Positions 8,883 through 19,376 of a DNA stretch of 64,000 nucleotides are shown one piece after another. Position numbers and translations under genes: made by a program. This DNA is from an uncultured Chloroflexia bacterium (GTDB lineage: Bacteria > Chloroflexota > Limnocylindria > Limnocylindrales > CSP1-4), in the NCBI GenBank assembly GCA_963766655.1, contig CAVYBB010000001.1:260474-324473 (forward strand), given 5' to 3'. The notes beneath the pieces are model-generated. The model saw only the letters and a program-made list of their open reading frames with translations, was not told where the DNA came from and made no database searches. Positions within the stretch are counted from its first letter, which is position 1, and the number at the start of each line of letters is the position of its first letter.

Positions 8883-8909
8883 CGCCGATCTCGGCGGGCC
8901 CCTGGCGGG

Positions 8910-9584
8910 TCAGGCGCTGAGCGGGACCACCAACTCCGGCCCGTCGTTGCGGACGTTGTTGACCAGCTGGCTCACGGCTCGAATTGCCAGGTCCGGCTCG
9001 TCGCCCGGCTCCAGCAGGGCGAGCAGCCGACCTGGATCGGCGAGGTTCGGATCCAGCCACGTCGCCCAGTCGCCTTCGTCGAGCATCACCGGCATCCGGT
9101 TGTGGATCGACGCCATCGCCTCGTTCGGCGTCGTCGTGATGATCGTGAATGTCCGGCGGACGTGGTCGCGGTCCGGATCCCGCCAGCCCGACCAGAGCCC
9201 CGCGAGGACGAGGGGCATGCCATCGGTGCGCCCGATCGTGTACGGCTGGCGCACCGTTCCCTCGCGGCGCCACTCGTAGAACGATTCGACCGGGACGAGA
9301 CAGCGCTTTCGACGGAGGGCATCACGGAAGGCCGGGCTGGAGGTGAGGGTTTCCGCCCTGGCGTTGAACATCCGCGACCCGACTTTCGCGCTGTCGGCCC
9401 AGTGCGGAATCAGGCCCCAGTGGTAGGCGGTAATGGCCCGGCGATCGTCGCGCTGGACGACGACGAGCGCCTCATCGGTTGGTGCGACGTTGAACCGGGC
9501 CCCCGGGTCCTCGACGAGCGGCTCGGCGGAGAAGATCTCGGCGAGCTCGGACGCCGGGCGCTGCTGGGTGAAACGGCCGCACAT
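8910..9584 (-). CDS. SRAP-domain (SOS response-associated peptidase, YedK/HMCES-like) protein
   Basis: MCGRF N-terminus (catalytic Cys2), so ATG 9584 is preferred over 9593. Also NVAPT, FNARAET, FYEW and TPN...IHNRMPV motifs. Confidence 0.85.
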   Translation of the reverse strand: MCGRFTQQRPASELAEIFSAEPLVEDPGARFNVAPTDEALVVVQRDDRRAITAYHWGLIPHWADSAKVGSRMFNARAETLTSSPAFRDALRRKRCLVPVESFYEWRREGTVRQPYTIGRTDGMPLVLAGLWSGWRDPDRDHVRRTFTIITTTPNEAMASIHNRMPVMLDEGDWATWLDPNLADPGRLLALLEPGDEPDLAIRAVSQLVNNVRNDGPELVVPLSA

Positions 9585-9640
9585 GCCGGGCAAGTCTAGC
9601 CGTCACTCCCGTCTCGCCGTCCTCCTGTATCGTCGGGGCG

Positions 9641-10852
9641 ATGGACGGCCCCTCGAAGCGTGACGAGACCCGTGCCCTCGACGTCGATGGACCGTTGTCG
9701 CGCGACGAGGCGAGGGCGATCCTCGATCGAGGCGCGGAGCTGCTGTCGGCCGGCGAGTTCGGCCAGGCGTTCAATCACTACCGGCGGGTCATCGGATTCG
9801 ACGACCCGGAAGTGACTGCGGCGGCACTCCTGGGCGCGGCCCAGAGCCGCTACCGGATGGACGACGAGGCCGGCGCGGTTGCGACCTGGGAGGCGATCCT
9901 CGAGCTGCCGGAGACCCCCTCGACCTACTACGCGTGGCGTGAGCTCGCGGCCGCTCGTGTCCGCGACGGGGACCTCCACGGAGCGATCTCGGCCTACCGC
10001 GAAGCGGACAAGCGCGCGCCGCTCGAGGACAAGGCGGAGATCGCGAACCGGCTCGGCTGGCTGGCCAAGGAGACCGGCAACGTCCGCGCATCGCGGCGGT
10101 ACTTCGCCCGCGGCCGCGGTGGCGCCCTCCCGCTCGCCAGCTACGCGATCCTGGGGATCACGATCGCCGTCTCGCTGACCGCGATCCTGTCGGTCGACGG
10201 CAGCATCATCTACAACGCGCTCGCCCTGTACAAGCCGGCGGTCGCGGACGGCGAGATCTGGCGACTCTGGACCGTGACGCTCGTCCATGGCGGCGACCCG
10301 ACGCAGCCCCTGTTCGCGCTGATGCACCTCGGGTTCAACATGTACGCGCTGTACATCTGCGGCCCGCTCGTCGAGCAGATCTACGGGCCGCTCAAGCTGA
10401 TCGTCTTCTACGTCGTGGCCGCGGCCGGCGGGTCGATCGCCTCGTTCGCCTTCGGCGACGTCCCGGGCGCCGTCGGCGCGTCCGGGGCGATCTTCGGGCT
10501 GTTCGGCGTCCTCTTTGCGGCCTCCCGCCTCCACATGCCGCAGCTCGATCGCCGCAACCGGGCCCTGCTCAGCCAGGTCGGGTCGCTCATCGTCATCAAC
10601 ATCGTCATCGGCTTCTCAATCGGCTTCGTCGACAACGTCGCCCACCTCGGCGGGCTGGCCGCCGGGGTCCTCATCGGCGTCGCGTTTCCGCCGGGGCTGG
10701 TTCCGACGCTCCGGTCGATGTGGCAGCCCGGCACCGACCGGCCGCTGGCGGCCCGGTTCATCGGCTCGCCGCTCGCGACGATCGCCGCCCTCGTCGTGCT
10801 CGTGATCGGGCTGGCGGCGTCGATGTCGATCGGCCTCGCGAAGTGGAGCTAG
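9641..10852 (+). CDS. rhomboid-family intramembrane serine protease with N-terminal TPR-like domain
   Basis: GASGAIFGLFG Ser motif, HLGFNM, and AHLGGLAAG His motif. Six TM-like segments. Confidence 0.85.
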   Translation: MDGPSKRDETRALDVDGPLSRDEARAILDRGAELLSAGEFGQAFNHYRRVIGFDDPEVTAAALLGAAQSRYRMDDEAGAVATWEAILELPETPSTYYAWRELAAARVRDGDLHGAISAYREADKRAPLEDKAEIANRLGWLAKETGNVRASRRYFARGRGGALPLASYAILGITIAVSLTAILSVDGSIIYNALALYKPAVADGEIWRLWTVTLVHGGDPTQPLFALMHLGFNMYALYICGPLVEQIYGPLKLIVFYVVAAAGGSIASFAFGDVPGAVGASGAIFGLFGVLFAASRLHMPQLDRRNRALLSQVGSLIVINIVIGFSIGFVDNVAHLGGLAAGVLIGVAFPPGLVPTLRSMWQPGTDRPLAARFIGSPLATIAALVVLVIGLAASMSIGLAKWS

Positions 10853-10855
10853 CGG

Positions 10856-12307
10856 TCAGCCCCGGTCAGGGGATGCGGCCGGGGCCAGGTGCGGCACGAC
10901 CGGCAGCACGACGCTGACGCGGGCGCCGCGCGGGGCGAGGTTCTCGGCGTGGGCCGTGCCGCCGTGTGCGCGGGCGAGCTCGAGCACGATCGCAAGCCCA
11001 AGGCCGGAGCCCTGGCCCGATCGCGCCGGATCGCCGCGGTAGAACCGCTCGAACGCGCTATCGACGCCGCCCGGCGGGAAGCCCGGCCCGTCGTCGGTGA
11101 CGCTGAACGCGACGGCGGGTCCCTCGCCTCCCTCCGCGCCGACACTTCGCGCCGAGATCCGGACGTGCCCGCCCGGTCCCGCGGCCGCGAGCGCGTTGCC
11201 GACGAGGTTCGCGACGATGCGATCGAGGGCCAGCCGGTCGACCGCGAACGCCGGGCCGGGCCGGGCCGGCTCGTCACGTTCGAGGGTGACGCCGGCGGCG
11301 GAGGCGCTTGGCCCGAACCGCTCGATGGCGGCGCCGACGACCTCCGATGCATCGGTCGGCTCCGGGTGGAGGCCGTCCGTCCCGCTGCGCAGCCGCTCGA
11401 TCGCGCCGAGTTCCGCGACGAGTCGCTCCAACCGCGAGGCCTCCTCGGCGATCGCCCGCGCCGCGCGCGGTGCGTCGTCGCCGGTCGCCGTGCCGTCCGT
11501 GAGTGCCGACGCGTAGCCGGAGATGACGGTCAGCGGAGTCCGAAGATCGTGGCGGAGGTTGGCCAGCAGCTCCGACTCGCGTCCCCGCGTCGCCTCGATC
11601 TCGGCGGACATGTCGTTGAACCGATTCGTCAGCTCGCGGACCTCCGTCGGGCCCTCCAGCGGGAGCGGCGTGATCGGCGCCCGACTCGCCGCCGGCAGGG
11701 TCGCCGTCGCGGTCGCCAGGCGGCGCAGCGGCCCGGTCACCGACCGGGCGAGCAGCACCCCCAGCGGAACCCCGACGAGCAGGGTCACGAGGACGACGAT
11801 CGGCAGGGATCGCAGGACGTCGCGGAGCGCGTTCGCGCCGGATCGGTCGACGGTCGAGAGGAGCACGGCGCGCGGCCCGGTCGCGCGCGGTGCATTGAGG
11901 ACGGTTGCCGCATACAGGTGCGGGAGCCCGTCCGAGTAGTCGATGGTGCCGGTAATGACCGTGCCGCGTTCGGCACCGGACGGGATCGCGATCGGGCCGA
12001 CGGGGTCCGGGACATCACCGACGACCCCGGCGAGCGTGCCGTCGGCCCGGATCACGTGCACCGTGCTCGCGCTGCCAGCGACCTCGTCGCGGATCTCGGT
12101 GATTGCCTGGCGCAGGTCCCGGTCGGCGACGGCGGTACGGAGCCGCAGGGTCGTCGTCTGCCCGACGTCGCCGAGGATGCTCGTCGTGGCCTCGGCGTGG
12201 AGCCCACGAAGGACGACGAACATCGCCGCCCCGATCGCCAGCCAGCCCGCCACCGAGAGGATGACGAACGCGGCGACGATCCGGCCGGTCAGGCTCCGGG
12301 GGCGCAC
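10856..12307 (-). CDS. sensor histidine kinase (TM-HAMP-HisKA-HATPase_c)
   Basis: LRHDLRTPLTVISGY H-box, N box, and DDGPGFP / GSGLGLAIV G boxes. GTG 12307 lies 7 nt after the response-regulator stop. Confidence 0.85.
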   Translation of the reverse strand: MRPRSLTGRIVAAFVILSVAGWLAIGAAMFVVLRGLHAEATTSILGDVGQTTTLRLRTAVADRDLRQAITEIRDEVAGSASTVHVIRADGTLAGVVGDVPDPVGPIAIPSGAERGTVITGTIDYSDGLPHLYAATVLNAPRATGPRAVLLSTVDRSGANALRDVLRSLPIVVLVTLLVGVPLGVLLARSVTGPLRRLATATATLPAASRAPITPLPLEGPTEVRELTNRFNDMSAEIEATRGRESELLANLRHDLRTPLTVISGYASALTDGTATGDDAPRAARAIAEEASRLERLVAELGAIERLRSGTDGLHPEPTDASEVVGAAIERFGPSASAAGVTLERDEPARPGPAFAVDRLALDRIVANLVGNALAAAGPGGHVRISARSVGAEGGEGPAVAFSVTDDGPGFPPGGVDSAFERFYRGDPARSGQGSGLGLAIVLELARAHGGTAHAENLAPRGARVSVVLPVVPHLAPAASPDRG

Positions 12308-12314
12308 GCCGCGA

Positions 12315-13025
12315 TCAGCCCGGCGCGTCCACCGGCGCCGGCACGGGCTCGCGGCCGGGCGGGACGAGCCGGTAGCCGAGGCCGCGGATCGTCTCGATCT
12401 GCGGTCCGTCCGCGGCGAGCTTCTTGCGAACCTCGGCGACATGAACGTCGACCGTCCTCGTCTCGCCCGGGAAGTCGGTCCCCCAGACGTCCTCGAGAAG
12501 CGCGTCGCGGGTCAGGACGACCCCCGGATCGCGGGCCAGCGCGGCCAGGAGATCGAATTCGCGAGCCCGGAGCTCGAGGCGTCGGTCACCGACGGTGGCC
12601 TCGCGGCGACGGGGATCGATCCGCAGGTCGCCGACCTCGATCGGGCGGCCGCCCCGCGACGTCGCCTCCGTCCGGCGCAGGATCGCCTTGACGCGGGCGA
12701 CGAGCGCCCGCGGGTTGAAGGGCTTCGTGACGTAGTCGTCGGCCCCGAGCTCGAGTCCGACGATCGCGTCGACGTCGTCGCTCCGCGCGGTCAGCATCAG
12801 GATCGGGGTGTCCCCGCGCCGCCGCAGTTCCCGGCAGACCTCGTAGCCACCCAGCTTGGGGAGCATCAGGTCGAGTACGACGAGGTCCGGCTGGTGACGG
12901 TCATGGAGCGCGAGCGCCTCCTCGCCGTCGTGCGCGGCGACGACGGCGAACCCCTCCTTCTCGAGGTAGAGCCGGAGCAGGTCGACGATGTGGCGCTCGT
13001 CGTCGACGACGAGGATGGTCTTCAC
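12315..13025 (-). CDS. OmpR/PhoB-family response regulator
   Basis: VKTILVVDDE...DLVVLDLMLP receiver domain plus a winged-helix C-domain (IETIRGLGYRL). GTG 13025. Confidence 0.85.
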   Translation of the reverse strand: MKTILVVDDERHIVDLLRLYLEKEGFAVVAAHDGEEALALHDRHQPDLVVLDLMLPKLGGYEVCRELRRRGDTPILMLTARSDDVDAIVGLELGADDYVTKPFNPRALVARVKAILRRTEATSRGGRPIEVGDLRIDPRRREATVGDRRLELRAREFDLLAALARDPGVVLTRDALLEDVWGTDFPGETRTVDVHVAEVRKKLAADGPQIETIRGLGYRLVPPGREPVPAPVDAPG

Positions 13026-13137
13026 GGGACGGGGCGGAGGGTCATGCGGTCGACCATAGAGGGCGGTTCCGTCCCTGTTGCCCGAGCGTGTAAGCGGAAT
13101 GTAAGACCGTCGCCTGCGGCGCTGACCGTGTGATGCC

Positions 13138-14595
13138 TCATCGGTCGTCCAGGATCGCAATGAGGTCCGCGATCGCACGCTCGAGCGGGGGGTTCGGCTC
13201 CCCCTTCGGCCCACCGGCCGCCTTGCTGACCACTTTGGCGAGGCCGTCCGCCTCCTTCGCGGCGGCGTCGAGGTCGCCGCGTTCGACGGCCGATCGGATG
13301 TCGCGCGCTCGTCGGGCGAAGTCGCCGGTGTCCTTCTTGGGACCACCCGGGCCGCTCGTGTCGGTGGCGGCGATTGCCGCGTCGACGTCATCGAGTGCCT
13401 TCAGCGCGCGCTCGGCGACGGACGGAGTGGGTACCAGGGTCGGCGGAGCGCTCGCGGAGGCGGGAGGGTTGGAGGCGGTTGACGCCGTCGCGCTCGGCGC
13501 GGTGGTTTCGCCGGCCAGTCCCGCCCCAGGCGTGCGGGTCCAGGCGAGCGCGAGGACGGCGACGAACAGGCCGCCCACGAGCGCAGCAGCAACCAGGTTC
13601 CGGCGCGGGACGGCGGACCGGTCTGCACCCGGAGCAGGATCCGCCGCGACAGGGTGTCGTTGCACCGCGGGGGCCGGAAGAGGGACCACGGTGGTTGTCG
13701 CATCCAGATCCACCGGCCCTGAGCCAGCCATCCGGGCCTGACCGGTGCGTGCGCGAGCCCATTGGCCGAGCGCGCCGGTGAGCGAGGCAGCGAGCGTCGC
13801 CGCGTCCGGGCGCAGTGCGGGGTCCGGGTCGAGAGCCGCCGCGACCGGCTGGTCGAAGGCGGTGCCGAGCCCTGGCACCACCGATGAGACCAGCGGTGCT
13901 GGCTGTCCCCCGGCGATGATGAGTTCCGCGATCGAGCCGGCGGCGCGCGGCATCGATCCCGTCAACCCGGCGAAGGCGGCAACTCCAAGGGCATACACGT
14001 CGGCCGGTGGCCCTGCTGTCGCGCCGGCCAGCACATCCGGTGGGAGGTAGCCCATCGTCCCGACAGCGGTCCCTGGCGCGGTCAGATCGTTGGGCTGAGC
14101 CGCGTCGTCGGACCGGGCGAGGCCGAAGTCGGCCAGCTTGGCCCGGGCCGGGGCAAGGAGGATGTTCGACGGCTTGACGTCGCGATGGACGACGCCACTC
14201 GCGTGGAGGCCGGCGAGCCCGTCGGCGACCGAGATCAGGATCGGGATCAGTTCGTCCGGGCTGAGCCGATGGCCGCCGGTGAGCCGATCGGCCAGCGAGC
14301 CGCCCTCGCAAAGCTCCATGACGAAGAACGGCTCGACGCCAGCGGCGGGGTCGCCGGGATCGACATCGAAGACCGCGACGACACCCGGATGAGCGGCCGC
14401 AGCCAGGGACCGCGCCTCGCGATCGAAACGGCTCGCGAGGACCGGATCTCCCGCGTGATTCGGCAGCAGCATCTTGACGGCGACGTCGCGTTCAAGTCGC
14501 TCGTCCCTGGCGCGATGTACGGTCGCCATCGCACCGGCCCCCAGCGGCGACACGATCCGATACCGGCCGGCGAGGATGACCCCAGGCGCTGGCAT
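13138..14595 (-). CDS. Ser/Thr protein kinase (Hanks-type) with one TM and an extracytoplasmic C-terminal region
   Basis: GAGAMATV...AVK, HRDVKPSNILL and DFGLAR motifs. ATG 14595 (MPAPGVILAGRYRI). Confidence 0.85.
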   Translation of the reverse strand: MPAPGVILAGRYRIVSPLGAGAMATVHRARDERLERDVAVKMLLPNHAGDPVLASRFDREARSLAAAAHPGVVAVFDVDPGDPAAGVEPFFVMELCEGGSLADRLTGGHRLSPDELIPILISVADGLAGLHASGVVHRDVKPSNILLAPARAKLADFGLARSDDAAQPNDLTAPGTAVGTMGYLPPDVLAGATAGPPADVYALGVAAFAGLTGSMPRAAGSIAELIIAGGQPAPLVSSVVPGLGTAFDQPVAAALDPDPALRPDAATLAASLTGALGQWARARTGQARMAGSGPVDLDATTTVVPLPAPAVQRHPVAADPAPGADRSAVPRRNLVAAALVGGLFVAVLALAWTRTPGAGLAGETTAPSATASTASNPPASASAPPTLVPTPSVAERALKALDDVDAAIAATDTSGPGGPKKDTGDFARRARDIRSAVERGDLDAAAKEADGLAKVVSKAAGGPKGEPNPPLERAIADLIAILDDR

Positions 14596-14609
14596 AGGGT
14601 CGAGACTAC

Positions 14610-15566
14610 TTGATGGACTACGATGGCGAACCCCGCCCAGGAGTCCCATTGTTCGCGACGTTGCTCGGCGCCTATCCGTCCGCTCCCGGCGCCGGCGCCG
14701 GCGCGCGGCATGCCGCGACCCGCGACGTTGTCGCGGAGCTCGAGGGCGCGGGCCTCGAGCCACTCAGCGACGGACGTGGAGCCGCGCGGGCGACGTCGAC
14801 GGACGACGTGGGCCGGATCGTCGCCCGCTGGCGCCTGGCGGCCTCGGCGACGAACGGCGCGGTGAAGCAGGCGCTCGTCGGTCCGTACACCCTCGCCCGA
14901 CGCGCGCGAGGCCGGGCCACGAGGGACGCGGCAGCCCTGGCGGCGCCGATCCGCGAGACGGTCGCGGTCCTGGCGGCCGCCGGCTGTCCGCTGATCGAGA
15001 TCGAGGAGCCGGCGGCGGTCCTGATCGGCGGCGACGAGCGTGAGCGGGATCACTTCGCCGCGGGACTTCTTGCTGCGACCGACAGCCTCGGCGATGCGGT
15101 CCACCTGTCGCTCGTCCTGACCGGCGGCAACGTCGATTCGCTGGGACCCGCGACCCTCTTCGACCTGCCGTTCTCGAGCTACGCGTTCGACCTCATCGCC
15201 GGCCCCGACAACTGGCGCCTGATCGCGCAGGCGCCGGGCGATCGGGGGATCATCGTGGGTGCGCTCGACCCGTCGCCGCTCGCGGGCGACCGGCCGGAGG
15301 TGCTCGTCTGGGCGGCGCAGTACGCGGCCTCGACCGGAGGACGGGGGCTCGTCCGGGTCGGCCTCGCGAACGCGTCCGGTCTCGACGGCCTGACGAGGGA
15401 GCGCGCCAGGGCCAAGGTGCGCGCGCTCGGCGATGCTGCCCGGATCGCGGCGAGCAGCTCCCCGGACGAAATCGCGGCCGCGCTCGATCCGCGGGCGATC
15501 GACATCCGCTCGGCGGCAGCGGGCCGTTACATCCCGGCTGCCGGGAAGCGGCGCAGGCCGGGATGA
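14610..15566 (+). CDS. MetE-like (cobalamin-independent methionine synthase C-terminal/UROD-like fold) family protein
   Basis: CPLIEIEEPA, HLSLVLTGGN and IIVGALD pattern. Start TTG 14610 or ATG 14613. Confidence 0.5.
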   Translation: MMDYDGEPRPGVPLFATLLGAYPSAPGAGAGARHAATRDVVAELEGAGLEPLSDGRGAARATSTDDVGRIVARWRLAASATNGAVKQALVGPYTLARRARGRATRDAAALAAPIRETVAVLAAAGCPLIEIEEPAAVLIGGDERERDHFAAGLLAATDSLGDAVHLSLVLTGGNVDSLGPATLFDLPFSSYAFDLIAGPDNWRLIAQAPGDRGIIVGALDPSPLAGDRPEVLVWAAQYAASTGGRGLVRVGLANASGLDGLTRERARAKVRALGDAARIAASSSPDEIAAALDPRAIDIRSAAAGRYIPAAGKRRRPG

Positions 15567-16033
15567 CCGTCCAGCGTGGCTCGCGGTTCTGGCACATCGC
15601 GCTGCGGGTCATGTACCGCGGCCTCCGCTTGATCAACCCGCTCGTCCGGTCATTGCGGGCCAACGGTCTTGCCGGCCTCGGTGGCGTCGTCGAGGTCTCG
15701 ATCAGGGGTCGGACGTCGGGTCGGTCGCGGACGACGCTCCTCACCCCGCTTGGCGTTGGGGGCGCGTGGTATCTGGGCCACCCGAACGGAGAGACGGCCT
15801 GGACCCGCAACGCGGAAGCGGCCGGCGTCGTCCGGATCGGTCCACCGTCGGCGCAGGCGACTGCATTCGGCGTCGTGCGCCTCGCACCGGGCCCGGAACG
15901 CGACGCCGTGATTGCCGCGACCCGGGTTCAGCAGCCGTTCCCCGGCAACCTCGTCTACCGGGCCGCTTCTCGCCACATCACGGCGGTCGGCGTCTTCTTC
16001 CGGCTCGCACCTGCCGCCGAGGGCGCCGAGTAG
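15563..16033 (+). CDS. deazaflavin(F420)-dependent nitroreductase-family (DDN/DUF385-like) protein
   Basis: ATGA overlap with the upstream gene. Small split-barrel-type sequence (RTSGRSRTTLLTPLGVGGAWYLGHPNGETAWTRN). Confidence 0.55.
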   Translation: MTVQRGSRFWHIALRVMYRGLRLINPLVRSLRANGLAGLGGVVEVSIRGRTSGRSRTTLLTPLGVGGAWYLGHPNGETAWTRNAEAAGVVRIGPPSAQATAFGVVRLAPGPERDAVIAATRVQQPFPGNLVYRAASRHITAVGVFFRLAPAAEGAE

Positions 16034-16396
16034 CGTCCGTTCTCCGCCTGGGCCCGTTCAGCGCCGGGAAGACGCCTCTCCCGAGGCCGATTTCGAGATG
16101 GTTTCGGTCAACCGAAACGACCGGCCGGCCCACGGAATGCGGTGATTCCTCGGATCGTTCCGCAAGGCTGGAACGACCTCGAACGGGGCCTGGATGCGGG
16201 TGCTTCTGGCGGGTGTCCGATGGGGGTAGGAGCCCGCGCAGCCCCACGACGCGAGATTGGCGCTTGATTCCCGGCGGCGCGGGTGCCAGCATTCGTGGCC
16301 TTCCGCACCAGCCACGTCGACCCCGCGACAGGAACCACCATTCGGCGACCCGTCCGCACCGGAATCGTTCGTCCGACAGGGGAAGGAGGCTCACTG

Positions 16397-16909
16397 GTGA
16401 CCGAGCACGTCACGCTCACGGTCAACGGCCAGCGACGAGAGGCGGATGTCGAGCCCAGACGGCTCCTCGTCCAACTCATCCGCGAGGACTTCGACCTCAC
16501 CGGGACGCATGTCGGCTGCGACACGAGCCAGTGCGGCGCGTGCACCGTCCACGTGGACGGACAGGCGGTCAAGTCCTGCGCGATGCTCGCGGTGCAGGCC
16601 GACGGCAGCACCGTGAAGACGATCGAGGGGATGGCACCGGCCGACGGCATGCATCCGCTCCAGCTGGCCTTCTGGGAGAAGCACGGGCTCCAGTGCGGGT
16701 TCTGTACGCCCGGGATGATCATGCTTGCCGCCGACCTCCTCGCCCGGAACGCGAACCCGTCGGACACCGAGATCCGCCACGCCCTCGAGGGCAACTACTG
16801 CCGATGCACCGGCTACCACAACATCGTCGCGGCGATCCGCGAGGCGGCGAAGACGATGCAGGCCGGCGCCACCGCGCCGTCCTCGTCGAGCTCGCAGGCC
16901 CAGGGCTGA
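16397..16909 (+). CDS. (2Fe-2S)-binding small subunit of a molybdenum hydroxylase (CoxS-type), form II-like cluster
   Basis: GGAAGGAGG RBS then GTG 16397. [11 protein letters not shown] and CGFCTPG...CRCTGY cluster motifs. Confidence 0.9.
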   Translation: MTEHVTLTVNGQRREADVEPRRLLVQLIREDFDLTGTHVGCDTSQCGACTVHVDGQAVKSCAMLAVQADGSTVKTIEGMAPADGMHPLQLAFWEKHGLQCGFCTPGMIMLAADLLARNANPSDTEIRHALEGNYCRCTGYHNIVAAIREAAKTMQAGATAPSSSSSQAQG

Positions 16910-16925
16910 GGAGGAGGGAACAGCG

Positions 16926-19376
16926 ATGGCGACTGACATCCTCGGATCCTCGGTCAAGCGAACCGAAGATCCTCGCTTCATCACCGGCCAGGGCCGCTAC
17001 CTCGACGACATCAAGCTCCAGGGCATGGTCCACATGGCCATCCTGCGGAGCCCATACGGGCACGCCAACATCCGCTCGGTCGACACCTCGGCCGCGAAGA
17101 CGAAACCGGGCGTGCTGGCCGTCTTCACCGGCGCGGACATCCCGTACAACCCGCTCCCGATGGCCTGGCCGGCCGGCGGCGCGAGCGGCCTCCAGAACAA
17201 CATCAACATGCCCCGGATTCTCGCGACCGACAGCGTGAAGTGGACAGGCGAGGGCGTGGCCGCGGTGGTCGCCGAGACGCCGGAGCAGGCCGTCGATGCG
17301 CTCGACGCGATCCAGGTCGACTGGGAGCCGCTGCCCGCCGTCGTCGACGCCGAGAAGGCGACCCAGCCGGGCGCCCCGCAGCTCCACGAGAATGCCCCGA
17401 ACAACATCGTCTTCGACTGGACGGTCGGCGACAAGGCCGGCACGGACGCGGCGATCGAGTCGGCAGAGGTCGTCGTCCGCCAGCGCATCGTCAACCAGCG
17501 GCTCATCCCGAACCCGATGGAGGGCCGCGGCGACATCGGCTGGTACAACCCCGGCACCGACGAGTACACGATCTGGATGTCGAGCCAGACGCCTCACATC
17601 CAGCGGCTCCTGCTGGCGGCTTTCGTGACCGGGATCCCGGAGCACAAGATCCGCTGCATCAGCCCGGACATCGGTGGGGCATTCGGCTCGAAGATCTTCT
17701 GTTACGCCGACATGGCCCTGGTCATGTTCGCCAGCAAGGAGATCGGCGGGCGGCCGGTCAAGTGGGTCGAGAGCCGCCGCGAGAACTACCAGTCCACGAT
17801 CCACGGCCGCGACCACATCACGTACCTCGAGATCGGCGGCACCCGCGACGGCGAGGTCACGGGGCTCCGGGTCAAGACCTACGCCAACCTCGGCGGCCGC
17901 CTGTCGACGATCGGACCGGGCATCCCCACGACGCTCTACGGCCGCGTCCTCGCCGGGCCGTACAAGTTCCCGAACGTCCACTGCGAGGTGATCGGCGTCT
18001 ACACGAACACGACGTTCGTCGACGCCTATCGCGGCGCCGGACGGCCGGAGGCGACCTACGTCGTCGAGCGGGCGATGGACCTCTTCGCCGACGAGATCGG
18101 GATGGACCCGGCGGCCGTCCGCCGGAAGAACTTCCTGCCGAACGACGCATTCCCGTACGACAATCCGTCGGGCCTCGGGACCGCCGTCAACGGCGAGAAG
18201 ATCTTCATCGATTCCGGGAACTACGAGCCGGCCCTGAACAAGGCCCTCACGGCGGTCGACTACTACCAGCTCGACGCCAAGCGGGCGGAGGCCCGGACCC
18301 GCGGCAAGTACCTCGGTGTCGGGCTCAGCACGTACATCGAGGTCTGCGGCGTCGCCCCGTCGAAGTGGATCGGCGCCGTCGGCGAAGGCTGGGGCGCCGC
18401 GATGTGGGAATCGGCCAACCTCAAGGTGCATCTCACCGGCAAGATCATCCTGACGATGGGCACCCAGCCGCAGGGTCAGGGCCACGAGACGACCTACGCC
18501 CAGATCATCGCCAGCGAGCTCGGCGTCCCGATGGAGGACGTCATCGTCCAGCACTCCGACACGCAGGGCACGCCGTTCGGCTATGGGACGTACGGCAGCC
18601 GGACGTCGTCGGTCGGCAGCACGGCCGCGATCAAGGCGGCCGGCAAGGTCCGCGACAAGGCAAAGCGGTATGCGGCCCACATGCTCGAGGCAAACGTCGA
18701 GGACATCGAGGTCGAGGGCGCCAGCTATCGGGTCAAGGGCTCGCCGGACAAGGTCAAGACGCTCCAGGAGATCGCGTTCGCGATCGATCTCGGCTTCAGC
18801 CTCCCGGAGGGAATGGAGCCGTATCTCGACGAAACCGCCTACCACGACACGCCGAACTGCACGTGGCCGTTCGGGACCCACATCGCGATCGTCGAGATCG
18901 ACGAGGAATCCGGCCACGTCGACCTCGTCCGCTACGTGGCGGTCGACGACGTCGGCAAGAAGATCAACCCGATGATCGTCGACGGGCAGCTCCACGGCGG
19001 CATTGCCCAGGGCGTCGGACAGGCGCTCTGGGAGGGCGCGATCTACAGCGACGACGGCCAGCTCCAGAGCGGCTCGATGATGGACTACGCGCTGCCTCGC
19101 GCGTCGTGGATGCCGGACCTCGAGCTCGACGAGACCGTCACCCCGTCGCCGGTCAACCCGATCGGCGTCAAGGGCGTCGGCGAGGCCGGCGCGATCGCCA
19201 GCACCGCCGCGGTCTCCAACGCGGTGATCGACGCGCTCAGCCCGCTCGGGATCAGGCATCTCGACATGCCCTATACGCCCCAGACCGTCTGGCGGGCGAT
19301 CCAGAAAGCGAAGGGTGGGGGATCGGGCGCGACCGACCACACGAACGGATCGAACGGGAAGGGAGGCCAGGCATGA
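16926..19376 (+). CDS. molybdopterin-binding large subunit, form II CoxL-like (AYRGAGR loop)
   Basis: Intact 816 aa. AYRGAGR at 18024-18044 rather than AYRCSFR. Strong GAGGAGGAGGGA RBS. Confidence 0.9.
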   Translation: MATDILGSSVKRTEDPRFITGQGRYLDDIKLQGMVHMAILRSPYGHANIRSVDTSAAKTKPGVLAVFTGADIPYNPLPMAWPAGGASGLQNNINMPRILATDSVKWTGEGVAAVVAETPEQAVDALDAIQVDWEPLPAVVDAEKATQPGAPQLHENAPNNIVFDWTVGDKAGTDAAIESAEVVVRQRIVNQRLIPNPMEGRGDIGWYNPGTDEYTIWMSSQTPHIQRLLLAAFVTGIPEHKIRCISPDIGGAFGSKIFCYADMALVMFASKEIGGRPVKWVESRRENYQSTIHGRDHITYLEIGGTRDGEVTGLRVKTYANLGGRLSTIGPGIPTTLYGRVLAGPYKFPNVHCEVIGVYTNTTFVDAYRGAGRPEATYVVERAMDLFADEIGMDPAAVRRKNFLPNDAFPYDNPSGLGTAVNGEKIFIDSGNYEPALNKALTAVDYYQLDAKRAEARTRGKYLGVGLSTYIEVCGVAPSKWIGAVGEGWGAAMWESANLKVHLTGKIILTMGTQPQGQGHETTYAQIIASELGVPMEDVIVQHSDTQGTPFGYGTYGSRTSSVGSTAAIKAAGKVRDKAKRYAAHMLEANVEDIEVEGASYRVKGSPDKVKTLQEIAFAIDLGFSLPEGMEPYLDETAYHDTPNCTWPFGTHIAIVEIDEESGHVDLVRYVAVDDVGKKINPMIVDGQLHGGIAQGVGQALWEGAIYSDDGQLQSGSMMDYALPRASWMPDLELDETVTPSPVNPIGVKGVGEAGAIASTAAVSNAVIDALSPLGIRHLDMPYTPQTVWRAIQKAKGGGSGATDHTNGSNGKGGQA

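Noticed and set aside
12308-12442. The N-terminal 45-codon extension of the histidine kinase, which overlaps the response-regulator gene.
   Set aside because: The extension is Arg/Ser-rich with no TM. GTG 12307 sits 7 nt after the RR stop and immediately precedes the first TM segment.
16034-16396. A Moco riboswitch upstream of the first coxS. The region contains a GTTTCGG-TCAA-CCGAAAC hairpin at 16101-16118 and a strong GGAAGGAGG SD.
   Set aside because: I cannot reproduce the Moco-motif consensus from memory well enough to claim a match. An Infernal search with RF01055 is required. It is left as unsupported.
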